Shown here piece after piece: positions 41,363 to 51,231 of a stretch of 64,000 bases of DNA. The position numbers and the translations under genes are program-made. The notes below the pieces were generated by a model. The model did no database searches and was not told the origin of the DNA. It saw only the letters and a program-made list of their open reading frames with translations. Positions within the stretch are counted from its first letter, which is position 1, and each line of letters begins with the position of its first letter. Source of the stretch: an uncultured Chloroflexia bacterium (lineage in GTDB: Bacteria > Chloroflexota > Limnocylindria > QHBO01); the NCBI GenBank assembly GCA_963827475.1, contig CAWHAZ010000005.1, positions 32,001-96,000 of the forward strand, read 5' to 3'.

Positions 41363-43002
41363 CGCTGGAACAGGCGCTTGGCGTAGGAAACCGGCATCGT
41401 CCCGCCGAACAGCAGCGTGTCGTGGAATCGCTTGAGGTCGAACGCCGCGCCCTCGCGCGCCTCGATGTCGCGCCGCAGGGCCTCGATCATGTGGCGCCCG
41501 TACAGGTACGACAGCTGGTACGTGGGGGTGGAGGTGTAGCGCTTGACCTCGGCCACCGCTGCCGGACGCTCGAACCCGGTCTCCTCCACCAGTCGATCGA
41601 CGGCGGCTTCCCAGCCGATGTCACCGCGGTGCAGCCGGACGTCGAGGATGATCCGAGTCGCCCGCCAGATGACATCGGTCAGCTGGACATACCGATGGGT
41701 GGGCGTGTCGTCGAACCCGGCCACCTTCATCATCCGCTCGGTGTAGAAGGCCCACCCCTCGCTGAACTCCGGTGAGGTCGAGAACAGGCGAACCAGGCTG
41801 GGGTTGGTGATGGCGGCCGCCAGCTGGTGGTGATGTCCGGGGTACGCCTCGTGAACCGATGTATTCGAGATCGAGGCGTAGTTGTGCTCCCGCATCATCT
41901 CTGGCGTCTCGGGCGGGGTGACGATGTACGTCCCCTGCGGAACGGGGTCGAAGCGCGCCGGCTCGAAGTAGGCGGCGAACGGCACCAGGTGGCGGATGAA
42001 CGACGGCGTCTCGATCACCACCAGGTTGTCGTCTGGCGGGAGCGTGGCGAGGTCGTGCTCGCGGACGAAGGTTCGGGCGCGGTCCATGGACCGGCGGTAC
42101 TCCTCGAGCGCCTCGGTGAAGGACGGCGGGTAGTCGTTCTTCACCAGGTCGGCCACCTCGGCCGGCGAGCGGCTCGGGTCGATCTCCGCGCAGACCGCGT
42201 TGCGCTGGGCGTGGGCCTCGGTGAGCATCTCCTCGCCGACGGCCAGGATCTCGTCGCCGCTGGCCTCGAGGGCGCGGAGGCGGACCATCTCCTCGAAGCC
42301 CTCCGGCCCGGTCCGCCATTCGGCGTCGGCCCGGGGCATGACGTCATCGCGAAGCCACGCCTGGTGGGCGTCGAGGGCGGTCACCGTCCCCGCGATGGCC
42401 CGCTCCAGGCGAGCGGTGGTGGCTTCCGGGACGCCCTGTTCGCGGGCCGCCTGCAGGATCGTGTCCAGGAACTCGGGGAGTGTCTCGCCGGACTGGAGGT
42501 CGATCTCGGTCCACAGCGGGACCGGCCGCTCGACCCGGTCATGCGTCTCCTCGAGGTAGCGTGGCGCGGCCTCCAGGCGCGCCGTGATGCTTTCGACGCG
42601 CTCCGCGACTGGGGCGAAGTCCCGCGTGAACAGGGGGAACAGGGCCCCGCCGATGGCCTCCGCCGCGTCCGACCGACCCTGCCACGACCGTCGCTCCTCC
42701 AGCTCGAACAGGTTCAGTCGAGCCTCGTGGATCACCAGGTCGCGGTCGAGCGCCCGATTGGCACTGAGCTCGGCAGGGTCGAAGGACTCCATCGCCGCGA
42801 CGGCGGCACGGGTGAAGGCGACGTCAGCCTCCACGCCGTCTCGCCCGCCGGGCGACAGCCGGTGGTCGTGACGGTGGATGCCGAGATAGGTCGCCCATTC
42901 CGGCTGGAGCTCGAGCCGATCGTCGAACCAGCGCTGGATCACCTCGTCGAAGCGGGTGTCCTCGGCAGTGCGCGCCTCCTCTGGCGCGGTGATCGTCGTC
43001 AT
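41359..43002 (-). CDS. DUF885 domain protein
   Basis: HEAYPGHHHQ, EGWAFYTE, EVKRY...PTYQLSY. Confidence 0.9.
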   Translation of the reverse strand: MTTITAPEEARTAEDTRFDEVIQRWFDDRLELQPEWATYLGIHRHDHRLSPGGRDGVEADVAFTRAAVAAMESFDPAELSANRALDRDLVIHEARLNLFELEERRSWQGRSDAAEAIGGALFPLFTRDFAPVAERVESITARLEAAPRYLEETHDRVERPVPLWTEIDLQSGETLPEFLDTILQAAREQGVPEATTARLERAIAGTVTALDAHQAWLRDDVMPRADAEWRTGPEGFEEMVRLRALEASGDEILAVGEEMLTEAHAQRNAVCAEIDPSRSPAEVADLVKNDYPPSFTEALEEYRRSMDRARTFVREHDLATLPPDDNLVVIETPSFIRHLVPFAAYFEPARFDPVPQGTYIVTPPETPEMMREHNYASISNTSVHEAYPGHHHQLAAAITNPSLVRLFSTSPEFSEGWAFYTERMMKVAGFDDTPTHRYVQLTDVIWRATRIILDVRLHRGDIGWEAAVDRLVEETGFERPAAVAEVKRYTSTPTYQLSYLYGRHMIEALRRDIEAREGAAFDLKRFHDTLLFGGTMPVSYAKRLFQR

Positions 43003-43027
43003 CGGCTCCCTCCCGGGTGGTCGGCGG

Positions 43028-44062
43028 TCAGGTTCCCAGCGATCGGGCGAGGAAGCCTAGCACCCACGTGCGGTACTCATCGGGGCAGACATCTTCGATT
43101 CGGCTGTGATCGGCGCCCGCGCAGGTCTGCACCTCCACCTGGACGCCTGACTCGCGCGCCACCGCCGCCAATCGCTCGGCCGCGTCGGTCTCGAGGAAGC
43201 GGTCTGCCGACCCCTGCAGGATGAGGACCGGCACCGCGCCCAGGTTGTCGATCGTCACCTCCGGATCGGCGGCCGTGACATCGACCCCGGTCCGGAAGAG
43301 GGCTCCGAGCATGACCGCCCACGATGCCGGGAGGGCCAGCGGATAGCCCATCTCCGCGATCTCGAGCTCGGTGGCGCTCGCGACCCCGGCCGGGGTGGAG
43401 TCCAGGATCAACGCCTGGACCGGCAGGCCGGAGGCCACGGCCGAAGTGGCGGCGATGCCACCCATCGACGACCCGAGCACCGCCACCCGGGGCGGGGCGT
43501 AGGTCGCGGCCAGCCACGCCACGATCGCCTCCAGGTCGAGCTGCTCGCGGACACCTCCGGTCGTCTGGGTGCCGAAGCTCTGGCCGTGGTTGCGCAGGTC
43601 GAACAGGACGAGGTTGTAGTCGGCGTGGAGCACCTCGGCCAGCGGAAGCAGCGCGTTCTTGTTGCTGGCGTGGCCATGGACCAGGATCACCGTCGGCCCG
43701 GCCGAGCCGATGGGCGCCGCGGCCGGGATGTACCAGCCCGCGAGGCGCGTGCCGTCGGAGGCGACAAGGTCGGTGCCCGCCGCCTGCCCGACCGCGGTGC
43801 AGTTGTCGGGATCAGGCTCCGCGGCGAGGGTCGCATCCGAGGCCTGGTCATAGTTGATCGCCTGGTAGGCCCATCCATAGGCCGACGGCAGGCGACAGAC
43901 ATGGCTCGACTCGGGGTTCACCAGGCGATCCGATCCCACCCAGGCGGCGTAGGCGAGATAGACCAGCAGGCCGACCAGGATGACGGACAGGATGGTCATG
44001 GCCCAGCCCACGTTCCGAGCGCGACGCTCCTCGCGCGGGTCCAACGGCACCTGGAAGGCCAT
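43028..44062 (-). CDS. Membrane-anchored alpha/beta hydrolase
   Basis: LAGWYIP, VHGH, DLRNHGQS, GSSMGG, GADH. Confidence 0.88.
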   Translation of the reverse strand: MAFQVPLDPREERRARNVGWAMTILSVILVGLLVYLAYAAWVGSDRLVNPESSHVCRLPSAYGWAYQAINYDQASDATLAAEPDPDNCTAVGQAAGTDLVASDGTRLAGWYIPAAAPIGSAGPTVILVHGHASNKNALLPLAEVLHADYNLVLFDLRNHGQSFGTQTTGGVREQLDLEAIVAWLAATYAPPRVAVLGSSMGGIAATSAVASGLPVQALILDSTPAGVASATELEIAEMGYPLALPASWAVMLGALFRTGVDVTAADPEVTIDNLGAVPVLILQGSADRFLETDAAERLAAVARESGVQVEVQTCAGADHSRIEDVCPDEYRTWVLGFLARSLGT

Positions 44063-44118
44063 TCCGACGCCGAGTATAGGCGGGCTACAATGCCGGCCGC
44101 CCTAGGAGGAATGACCCA

Positions 44119-44565
44119 GTGACCGGCCGACCCCACTCCCTCGCGCCCGCGCACCTGGGCGATGCCCGGGCCGCTGCGGCCCTGGCCGTCACCGTCCTCG
44201 GGGTCGCCCTGTTCATCGCCGCGATCGGGGTCGTGGTGTTCGGGCTGACCCTGGCCGACTCGTTCGACCCGGCCAATCCGCCGCCCAACGCGGACGCCCT
44301 CGGGACCTGGCAGGTCATCGGCGGGTTCATCCTGTTCGTGGTGGGGCTGGCGCTGGCCGGAGGGGGGCTGGCCCTGCTGACGGGTAGCCTGCGCGCCCGG
44401 GTCCCGACCGCGATCCTGGCCCTGGCCACCGCGCTGGGCGCCGCCGTCGGGGGGATCGCGATCATCGCGCGCGGGCCGTCCGACCTGATCCTGGCCCTGA
44501 CCCTGTTCGGCCTGGCGCTCGGCCTGGTGGCGTCCGGCCTGCTCCTGCTCCGACCCCGACCCTGA
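44119..44565 (+). CDS. Hypothetical membrane protein
   Basis: 4 TM helices. Confidence 0.7.
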   Translation: MTGRPHSLAPAHLGDARAAAALAVTVLGVALFIAAIGVVVFGLTLADSFDPANPPPNADALGTWQVIGGFILFVVGLALAGGGLALLTGSLRARVPTAILALATALGAAVGGIAIIARGPSDLILALTLFGLALGLVASGLLLLRPRP

Positions 44566-44577
44566 GCCGGCGGGCAC

Positions 44578-45097
44578 GTGGCCGCCCTGCCCCGCCGCCT
44601 GCTGCTCGCCTCGCGCCTCCTGTTCGTCCTGTCCGGGGTGCTGGTCGCCGGCGGGCTGGTCTGCATCCTCGGCGGGCTGCTGGCGGCCGAGGCGATCGCC
44701 GACGAGCTGCTGGCGCGGATCCTGGCCGAGCTCGACCCCGATGGGCTCGCCAGCCTGCCCCCCGACTTCCTGACCCAGGCCACCGTCGAACGGGCCGCGG
44801 TGGCGCTGGGAGTCGGGCTGATCCTCTTCGGCGCGGCCCAGCTGGCGACCTCGATCGGTCTCCGTCATGGGCAGCGGTGGTCCTACGCGGCTGCGGTGAT
44901 CGGCGGCCTGTTCGTCGCGTTCACCGTCGGCGCCAGCGCCGTGTTCATGGTTGCCGCCATCCCGGCCCAGCCGCAGGCCGCCATCGTCCTGGGCATCGGG
45001 GCCGTGGCCCTGGGCCTGTTCGCCGTCCTCTACGCGGGGATCGCGGTCATGACCGCCATCGGCCGCCGGGAGCTGGAGGACGCCGATCGCCGCCTGA
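44578..45097 (+). CDS. Hypothetical membrane protein (true stop probably near 45097; read-through across the tRNA is likely an indel artefact)
   Basis: 4 TM helices; out-of-frame TGA just before the tRNA promoter TATACT. Confidence 0.6.
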
Positions 45098-45131
45098 AGG
45101 CGCGATTGGTATACTCCGCCCCCGCCGCCGC

Positions 45132-45208
45132 GGGCCCGTGGTGTAGCGGCCCAACATGCCAGCCTGTCACGCTGGAGATCGCCGGTTCGAATCCGGTCGG
45201 GCCCGCCA
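45132..45208 (+). tRNA. tRNA-Asp(GTC)
   Basis: GGGCCCGTGGTGTAGCGG...CCAGC-CTGTCAC-GCTGG...GGTTCGAATCC...GCCA. Confidence 0.96.
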
Positions 45209-45242
45209 GCATCCACCGATCCCGGCCCTTCGGACGGTCGCG

Positions 45243-46022
45243 TCAGCCGCGGATCAGGTCGTCGACCAGCTCGTCTTCCATCAGGTGCTGCCGGAGCCGG
45301 CTGCGCTCGGCGACGACCCGGACGATCTCCTCGACGTCATCGGTCACGACCGCCAGGTTCAGGTCCTTGGCACTGACCTTGCCCTCGGTCAGCACCGTGG
45401 CCCGCATCCAGTCCAGCAGCCCCGACCAGTAGTCGACGCCGACCAGCACCACCGGGAAGTGCTCGATCTTGCCGGTCTGGATCAGGGTCAGCGCCTCGAA
45501 CAGCTCGTCCATGGTCCCCATCCCGCCGGGGAAGATGACGAACGCCTCCGCGTACTTCACGAACATCGTCTTGCGCACGAAGAAGTAGCGGAACTCGATG
45601 TTCAGGTCGACGTACGGGTTGACGTCCTGCTCGAACGGAAGCTCGATGTTGCAACCGATGGACAGGCCGCCGGCATCCCGGGCGCCGCGATTGGCGGCCT
45701 CCATGATCCCGGGTCCGCCGCCGGTGATGACCGCAAACCCCTCCTGTGCCAGGCGGGCCGCGACCCGGCGCGCGAGCCGGTACTGCGGATCGCTGCGCCG
45801 GACCCGGGCCGAGCCGAAGACGCTGACCGCCGGCCCCACGTTGGCCAGCGCGTCGAAGCCCTCCACGAACTCGCCGAGGATGCGCAGGGCCCGCCAGGTG
45901 TCGGTGCCCTGGAAGTCGGCCGGGACCCGCCGCTGGAGGAGCTTCTGGTCCTCGGTCGGGCGGTTGGCGGGACCCCGGGTGACGACCGGTCCGCTCCGGT
46001 GGGGCAGGTCGCCTTTGGCCAT
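45243..46022 (-). CDS. LOG family (TIGR00730) Rossmann-fold protein
   Basis: SVFGSAR, TGGGPGIMEAAN, YFFVRK, PGGMGTMDE. Confidence 0.92.
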   Translation of the reverse strand: MAKGDLPHRSGPVVTRGPANRPTEDQKLLQRRVPADFQGTDTWRALRILGEFVEGFDALANVGPAVSVFGSARVRRSDPQYRLARRVAARLAQEGFAVITGGGPGIMEAANRGARDAGGLSIGCNIELPFEQDVNPYVDLNIEFRYFFVRKTMFVKYAEAFVIFPGGMGTMDELFEALTLIQTGKIEHFPVVLVGVDYWSGLLDWMRATVLTEGKVSAKDLNLAVVTDDVEEIVRVVAERSRLRQHLMEDELVDDLIRG

Positions 46023-46185
46023 TCGTCACCTCGATCCGCACCGATCGTCCTAGCCACGCGGCCGGGCGAACGGGGCATGAACATGGTAGGGTCCCGGCGA
46101 CGTCGTGGTCGCGCGGCGCCCTTCAGGCGCCCGATGTGAGCCGGCAGCGGCGAGCCGGATCCCGCCACTGTGCCCGAGGATTCTA

Positions 46186-46821
46186 TTGCCGGACTTTGCC
46201 CGACGTGGTGCCGTCCACGTCATTGTCATCGCGTTGATCGTGGCCGCTCTCGCCCCACAGGCCGTGGCGGCCACTCCCTCGGATACCCATACCGAACGCC
46301 TGCTCGCCGCGGTCGAGGGATCTCCCGCATCCGCGCTCGCGGACCGGGGGACGACCTCCCAGCGAGGCCTCGCGACCTTCACCTCGGCCACGGCTGCGGT
46401 CCCCGCCGGGACCGAGCGGTTCCACCCGGCCGGGGTCGCGCTCCCGCCCAGCGTGCCGATGCAGGCGACGATCCTCACCCCGCGGGTCCAGCCCGTTCCG
46501 CAGCCCGTACCGCAGCCCGGCGGCGGCTCAAGCATCAGCGGGACGGCCAGCTGGTACTGCTGCACGATGAACTGGGGAAGCGCGGCGGTGGTCGCCCTCC
46601 CCGTCGCCCTCGGCGGCCACTACTACCCGCCGCCCGGCGGTGGATGGGTGACGGTCTGCGCCGACCGGTGCGCCCGGTTGCCGATCGGCGACGCCTGCGG
46701 CTGCCACTGGGGCCAGGTCGGGCAGAAGGTGGTCGACCTGTCGCCCGCGGCGTGGTCCGCGATCACCGACAAGGATCGGTACGTCTACGGGGTCGTCTCC
46801 GTCACCCTCTATCTGGAATAG
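46186..46821 (+). CDS. Secreted RlpA-like double-psi beta-barrel protein
   Basis: Signal peptide, SGTASWY, IGD.CGC, VVDLSPAAW, GVVSVT. Confidence 0.7.
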   Translation: MPDFARRGAVHVIVIALIVAALAPQAVAATPSDTHTERLLAAVEGSPASALADRGTTSQRGLATFTSATAAVPAGTERFHPAGVALPPSVPMQATILTPRVQPVPQPVPQPGGGSSISGTASWYCCTMNWGSAAVVALPVALGGHYYPPPGGGWVTVCADRCARLPIGDACGCHWGQVGQKVVDLSPAAWSAITDKDRYVYGVVSVTLYLE

Positions 46822-46831
46822 CATCACCCCC

Positions 46832-47275
46832 GTGCTGCAGCCGTTGGGGGTCGGCCACGTCGTGCTCAAGGTGCGCGACCTGGACCGCTCCCTCGCCTTC
46901 TACCGCGACCTGCTCGGGTTCCGGGTCTCCGGCGAGCTGAGCAACGTCATGGTCTTCCTCACCGCGACCGGTGAGAACCACCACGACCTCGCGCTCGTCC
47001 GGGTCGGGGACCAGGCGCCGTCGCCGGTGCCGATGGCCGTCGGCCTGTACCACGTCGCCATCCGGCTGGCGGACCTGGACGCGGTCAAGGAGGCGCATCG
47101 CCTCCTGACGGAGCGCGGGCTGCTGCGGGGGGCATCCGACCACGGGGTCAGCAAGAGCCTGTACACCGTCGACCCCGACGGCAACGAGATCGAGCTGTAC
47201 TGCGACGCCCCCCGCGACGAGTGGGAGGGCCGCGTTGCCGAGGTCATGACGGTCAAGCCGCTTCGCCTCGATTGA
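46832..47275 (+). CDS. VOC/glyoxalase family protein
   Basis: GHVVLKVRDL, HHDLAL, GLYHVA, DPDGNEIELY. Confidence 0.9.
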   Translation: MLQPLGVGHVVLKVRDLDRSLAFYRDLLGFRVSGELSNVMVFLTATGENHHDLALVRVGDQAPSPVPMAVGLYHVAIRLADLDAVKEAHRLLTERGLLRGASDHGVSKSLYTVDPDGNEIELYCDAPRDEWEGRVAEVMTVKPLRLD

Positions 47276-48447
47276 GCCAGACCGATCCCCCGCGGCGTCG
47301 CCGCCGCTGGCCGTGGGTGGCCGCCGCCCTCGCGGTGCTCGTCCTCCTGCTCGCCGCCTGGCCGCCGTCGCGGGTCACGTTCCAGACGATGGCCCTCATC
47401 CCCTCCATCCTGGACATCGGCCCGCAGCCGCTGGCCCTCGCGCCCGAGCCGCGGCACGAGCTGGTCGAGTACCGCGCGCCGGACGGCGAGATGCTGCCGG
47501 CGGACCTGTGGCTGCCGGCCACCGCCTCGGCCGACGCGCCGGTGGGGGCGGTGATCTTCGTGTCGGGCATCAACTCGCAGGGCCGGGCACACCCCGCCAT
47601 CGAACGGGTCTCCCGCGCGATATCCCGGACCGGGGCGGCCGTGTTCGTCCCCGAGCTGCCGATCTTCTTCGACGTCCGGGTCGACGGCACCGAGGTGGGC
47701 CGGATCGTGGCCGCCGTCGAGGAGGTTGCCCGCCGGCCGGAGGTCGACCCCGACCGGATCGGGATCATGGGGGTCTCGGTCGGCGGCAGCCTGGCGCTGA
47801 TCGCGGCCGCCGAGCCGGCCATCGCCGACCGCCTGGCCTGGGTCGGCTCGTTCGGCGCGTATGCCGACGCGACGGAGCTCACGACCGAGGTGCTGACCCA
47901 CCAGTACCGTCTCGACGGGGAGCTCCACGATTGGGCGCCCGCGCTCCTCGTGCGCCAGATCGTGTTCGGACTGCTCACCGACCGGGTGACCGATGGACGC
48001 GACCATGGCTACATCTACGGGGCGTACGACGCCCTGAACAACGAGGGCATCCATCCGCTGCCCGACGCCGACATTCCGCTCGAGACCGATGCCGGCCGGG
48101 CGGTCGAAGCCATCCTCCTGACCGACACGCTGCCCGAGGCGGAGGCCCTGCTGGCCCTCGCGCCGGCGGGGGACCGGGCGGCCCTGGACGCGATCAGCCC
48201 GATTCATCGGGTCGCGGACATCCGGGCCACGGTGTTCCTCATGCATGACACCGGGGACCAGCACATCCCCTACTCGCACGCGCGGGCGCTGCTGGCCGAG
48301 ATGGAGGACGCCGGCGTGGACGTCCGGCTCGGGGAGTTCCGCCTGTTCGACCACGTCCAGCCCGACACCCAGGACCTGGGCGCCGCCGCCCCGGAGCTGT
48401 GGAAGCTGTTCTGGTACGTCCGCGAGATCGCCGGCCGGACGCTCTGA
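47272..48447 (+). CDS. Membrane-anchored alpha/beta hydrolase-like protein
   Basis: VDPDRIGIMGVSVGG nucleophile elbow, HDTGDQHIP, FDHV. Confidence 0.75.
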   Translation: MSQTDPPRRRRRWPWVAAALAVLVLLLAAWPPSRVTFQTMALIPSILDIGPQPLALAPEPRHELVEYRAPDGEMLPADLWLPATASADAPVGAVIFVSGINSQGRAHPAIERVSRAISRTGAAVFVPELPIFFDVRVDGTEVGRIVAAVEEVARRPEVDPDRIGIMGVSVGGSLALIAAAEPAIADRLAWVGSFGAYADATELTTEVLTHQYRLDGELHDWAPALLVRQIVFGLLTDRVTDGRDHGYIYGAYDALNNEGIHPLPDADIPLETDAGRAVEAILLTDTLPEAEALLALAPAGDRAALDAISPIHRVADIRATVFLMHDTGDQHIPYSHARALLAEMEDAGVDVRLGEFRLFDHVQPDTQDLGAAAPELWKLFWYVREIAGRTL

Positions 48448-48457
48448 CCGAATCGGC

Positions 48458-48592
48458 TCAGCGGGCGGTGCCGATCACCGAGACCCCGATGATGAGGATG
48501 AGGGCGACGATCACGATCAGGATCACCGCCGTGCGGTTCGTCCGCCTTGGGAGCGGCTGGTAGGGCCGGCCGGCCCGACGCCTTCGGGTCAT
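48458..48592 (-). CDS. 44-aa single-TM small protein (not in ORF track)
   Basis: MTRRRRAGRPYQPLPRRTNRTAVILIVIVALILIIGVSVIGTAR*. Confidence 0.6.
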   Translation of the reverse strand: MTRRRRAGRPYQPLPRRTNRTAVILIVIVALILIIGVSVIGTAR

Positions 48593-48596
48593 CAGC

Positions 48597-49052
48597 TCAC
48601 CACTCGCGTCGGAAGAGGAAGGGCGTGGTGAGGGCTTCTCGGGAGCCCACCGAGCGCAGCTGCTTGCGTGTTCGCTTCAGCAATTTCCCGTGGTACGTCC
48701 CGTCCCCGTACGGCTCGTGGAGGCGGGCAACGTCCCACTCGCGCGTGCCTTCGATCGCGGACGGAGGCAGGACGCGGTCGAGGATCGGTCGGGCCTCGTC
48801 GATGGCCACGAAGCGGCGCTCGCGAGCGGAGTTGTCGAGCACGGTCAACAGGTCGCCGAAGCTCACATCGACGTCGAGGACCAGCGTCGTCAGCCGCTCC
48901 ATCGAGCCCGGCATCCGTTCCTGCTTGAACAGGCTGGTGAGGAGCGTCTTGCGGTCCGCGGCGGGCAAGTCGGCGAGCGCCGCGGACAGGGCCGGGATGC
49001 CTGCACTGTCGTCCGCGATCGGGACCAGGTAGTCGTAAAGCCGAACCATCAT
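48597..49052 (-). CDS. Hypothetical protein
   Basis: 151-aa ORF with TACCCT -10 upstream. Confidence 0.65.
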   Translation of the reverse strand: MMVRLYDYLVPIADDSAGIPALSAALADLPAADRKTLLTSLFKQERMPGSMERLTTLVLDVDVSFGDLLTVLDNSARERRFVAIDEARPILDRVLPPSAIEGTREWDVARLHEPYGDGTYHGKLLKRTRKQLRSVGSREALTTPFLFRREW

Positions 49053-49097
49053 CGGTCACGCAGGGTAGCCGTTCTGACGGCCGGTACAATCCGGCAC

Positions 49098-49907
49098 ATG
49101 CTGCTCGCGGGCAAGAAGGTCCTCGTCACCGGGGTCCTGACCGATGACTCGATCGCGTTCTCGGTCGCCAAGGTCGCCCAGGAGGCGGGCGCCGAGATCG
49201 TCCTGACCAGTTTCGGGCGGGCAATGAGCCTCACCCAGCGGATTGCGCGCCGACTCGATCCGGTGCCGGACGTGCTCGAGATGGACGTCAACGACGACGC
49301 CCAGATCGCGACGGTGGCTGCGGACCTCGAGGCCCGCTGGGGTCGGCTCGACGGCCTGCTCCATGCCATCGGCTTCGCGCCGCAGGACGCCATGGGAGGC
49401 GAGTTTCTGGCGACTCCCTGGGAGAGCGTCGCCACGGCCTTCCAGACCAGCGCGTACTCGCTGAAGGCACTGACCGCGGGCATGCTGCCGCTCCTCAGGG
49501 TGTCGGGTGCGGACGGCGGCGCGTCAGTGGTGACCCTGACCTTCGACGCGCGGTACGCATGGCCGATCTACGACTGGATGGGCGTCTCCAAGGCCGGCCT
49601 GGAGTCCATCACCCGCTACCTCGCCCGCGACCTGGGGCCGGACCAGATCCGGGTCAACACCGTCTCCGCCGGGCCGATCCGCTCCATGGCCGGAAAGAAC
49701 ATCCCGGGGTTTGCTCAGCTGACGGAGGGCTGGGGGAAGCGTGCCCCGCTCGGCTGGGACGTCAAGGACTCCACGGCCGTCGGCCGGATGGTGTGCTTCC
49801 TGCTCAGCGACTGGGCCTCATTGACGACCGGCGAGATGGTCCACGTCGACGGCGGATTCCACGCCCTGGGCATCGGGATGGGCGAGGCGAGCGGGAGCAA
49901 CGACTGA
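49098..49907 (+). CDS. fabI: Enoyl-ACP reductase (InhA-like)
   Basis: GVLTDDSIA, HAIGFAP, YDWMGVSKA, SAGPIRS, TTGEMVHVDGG. Confidence 0.93.
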   Translation: MLLAGKKVLVTGVLTDDSIAFSVAKVAQEAGAEIVLTSFGRAMSLTQRIARRLDPVPDVLEMDVNDDAQIATVAADLEARWGRLDGLLHAIGFAPQDAMGGEFLATPWESVATAFQTSAYSLKALTAGMLPLLRVSGADGGASVVTLTFDARYAWPIYDWMGVSKAGLESITRYLARDLGPDQIRVNTVSAGPIRSMAGKNIPGFAQLTEGWGKRAPLGWDVKDSTAVGRMVCFLLSDWASLTTGEMVHVDGGFHALGIGMGEASGSND

Positions 49908-49934
49908 CCGGTCGGCACCAACGGCGTGCCCCGG

Positions 49935-51203
49935 TCAGGGGTAGGCCCGCAGGATGATCGTCGCGTTGTGGCCGCCGAACCCGAACGAGTTCGACATCGC
50001 CGTTCGGACCGTGAGCTCGCGCGCCACGTTCGGGACGTAGTCGAGGTCGCAGTCAGGATCGGGGAACTCGTAGTTGATCGTGGGCGGCACGATCCCGTGG
50101 TTGATGGCCTGGACGCAGACGACCGCTTCCACCACGCCGGCCGCACCGAGCATGTGGCCGGTCATCGACTTGGTCGAGCTGACCGGGATCCGGTACGCGT
50201 CGTCGCCCAGGGCGCGCTTGATGGCAAAGGTCTCGCTGCGGTCGTTGAGCTGGGTGCTCGTGCCATGCGCGTTGATGTAGTCGATGTCCCCCGGGCCGAT
50301 GCCGGCCTTGGCCATCGCGCGGGACATCGAGCGGGCGGCGCCCTTGCCTTCCGGCTCCGGCGCGCTGACGTGGAACGCGTCGGCCGAGTTCCCATAGCCG
50401 ATCACCTCCGCCAGGGGTGTCGCGCCGCGCCCGAGGGCGAAGTCGAGCCGCTCGAGCACGAGCCCGCCGGCTCCCTCGCCGACGACGAAGCCGTCCCGTT
50501 CCTTGTCGAACGGACGTGACGCGTGCTTCGGGTCGTCGTTGCGGGTCGAGAGCGAGCCCGTGCGGTGGAACGCGGCCAGGGCGAGCGGGGTCACCGCCGC
50601 CTCGGTCCCGCCCACGACCATGGCCAGCGCGTCACCACGCTTGATGATCTCCGCCGCTTCGCCCACCGCGTTCGTGCCCGTCGCGCAGGCAGAGATGACG
50701 CAGAAGTTCACGCCGGTCAGCCCGAACTGGATCGCCACCTGGCCCGACGCCATGTCCGGCAGCATGTTGACCGCGGTCAGCGGCGTCACCCGGTCGGGCC
50801 CTTCCTCGCGCATGACCCGCGCGGCGTCGTCGAGGCTGGTCAGCCCGCCGATGCCGGTGCCGATCAGGACCCCGATCTGCTCGGCTTCCTCGTCGTCGGA
50901 CGGCCGCAGGTCGGCCTGGGCCAGGGCCTGGGTGGAGGTGGCCATCGCGAACTGGATCACGCGGTCGGCGCGGCGGGCCTCCTTCGGATCCATCCATTCG
51001 GTGGGATCGAAGTCCACGACCTCGGCCGCGAATCGGGTGCGGAATCCACCGGAGTCGAACCGATCGACATGCCGGGCCACCGACGTGCCGGCGAGGAGGT
51101 TGCGCCACAGGCTTTCCACGTCGTTGCCGAGCGGCGTGATCGCGCCCATGCCGGTCACGACGACGCGAGCGGTGTTCGGTGTGCCGTCCTGCGTGGCTGC
51201 CAT
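49935..51203 (-). CDS. fabF: Beta-ketoacyl-ACP synthase II
   Basis: SACATG, NAHGTST, STKSMTGHMLGA, SNSFGFGGHN. Confidence 0.95.
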   Translation of the reverse strand: MAATQDGTPNTARVVVTGMGAITPLGNDVESLWRNLLAGTSVARHVDRFDSGGFRTRFAAEVVDFDPTEWMDPKEARRADRVIQFAMATSTQALAQADLRPSDDEEAEQIGVLIGTGIGGLTSLDDAARVMREEGPDRVTPLTAVNMLPDMASGQVAIQFGLTGVNFCVISACATGTNAVGEAAEIIKRGDALAMVVGGTEAAVTPLALAAFHRTGSLSTRNDDPKHASRPFDKERDGFVVGEGAGGLVLERLDFALGRGATPLAEVIGYGNSADAFHVSAPEPEGKGAARSMSRAMAKAGIGPGDIDYINAHGTSTQLNDRSETFAIKRALGDDAYRIPVSSTKSMTGHMLGAAGVVEAVVCVQAINHGIVPPTINYEFPDPDCDLDYVPNVARELTVRTAMSNSFGFGGHNATIILRAYP

Positions 51204-51231
51204 ACTCGGGCCAGATTATGGGGCGAGACCG

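Noticed and set aside
44105-44122. GGAGG-ATG-ACC-CAG-TGA mini-ORF overlapping the GTG start at 44119
   Set aside because: Cannot be told apart from a single-base error in the true start region
45098-45432. Membrane protein ORF reading through tRNA-Asp and into the LOG gene
   Set aside because: An out-of-frame TGA at 45095-45097 just before the tRNA promoter suggests a 1-nt indel
46088-46165. Possible c-di-GMP-II or c-di-AMP riboswitch upstream of the RlpA-like gene
   Set aside because: Only vague resemblance; the conserved cores (GGAAAC, GGGCAC/GUGCAACC, or GCUGAAUCC) are absent. An Rfam scan would settle it
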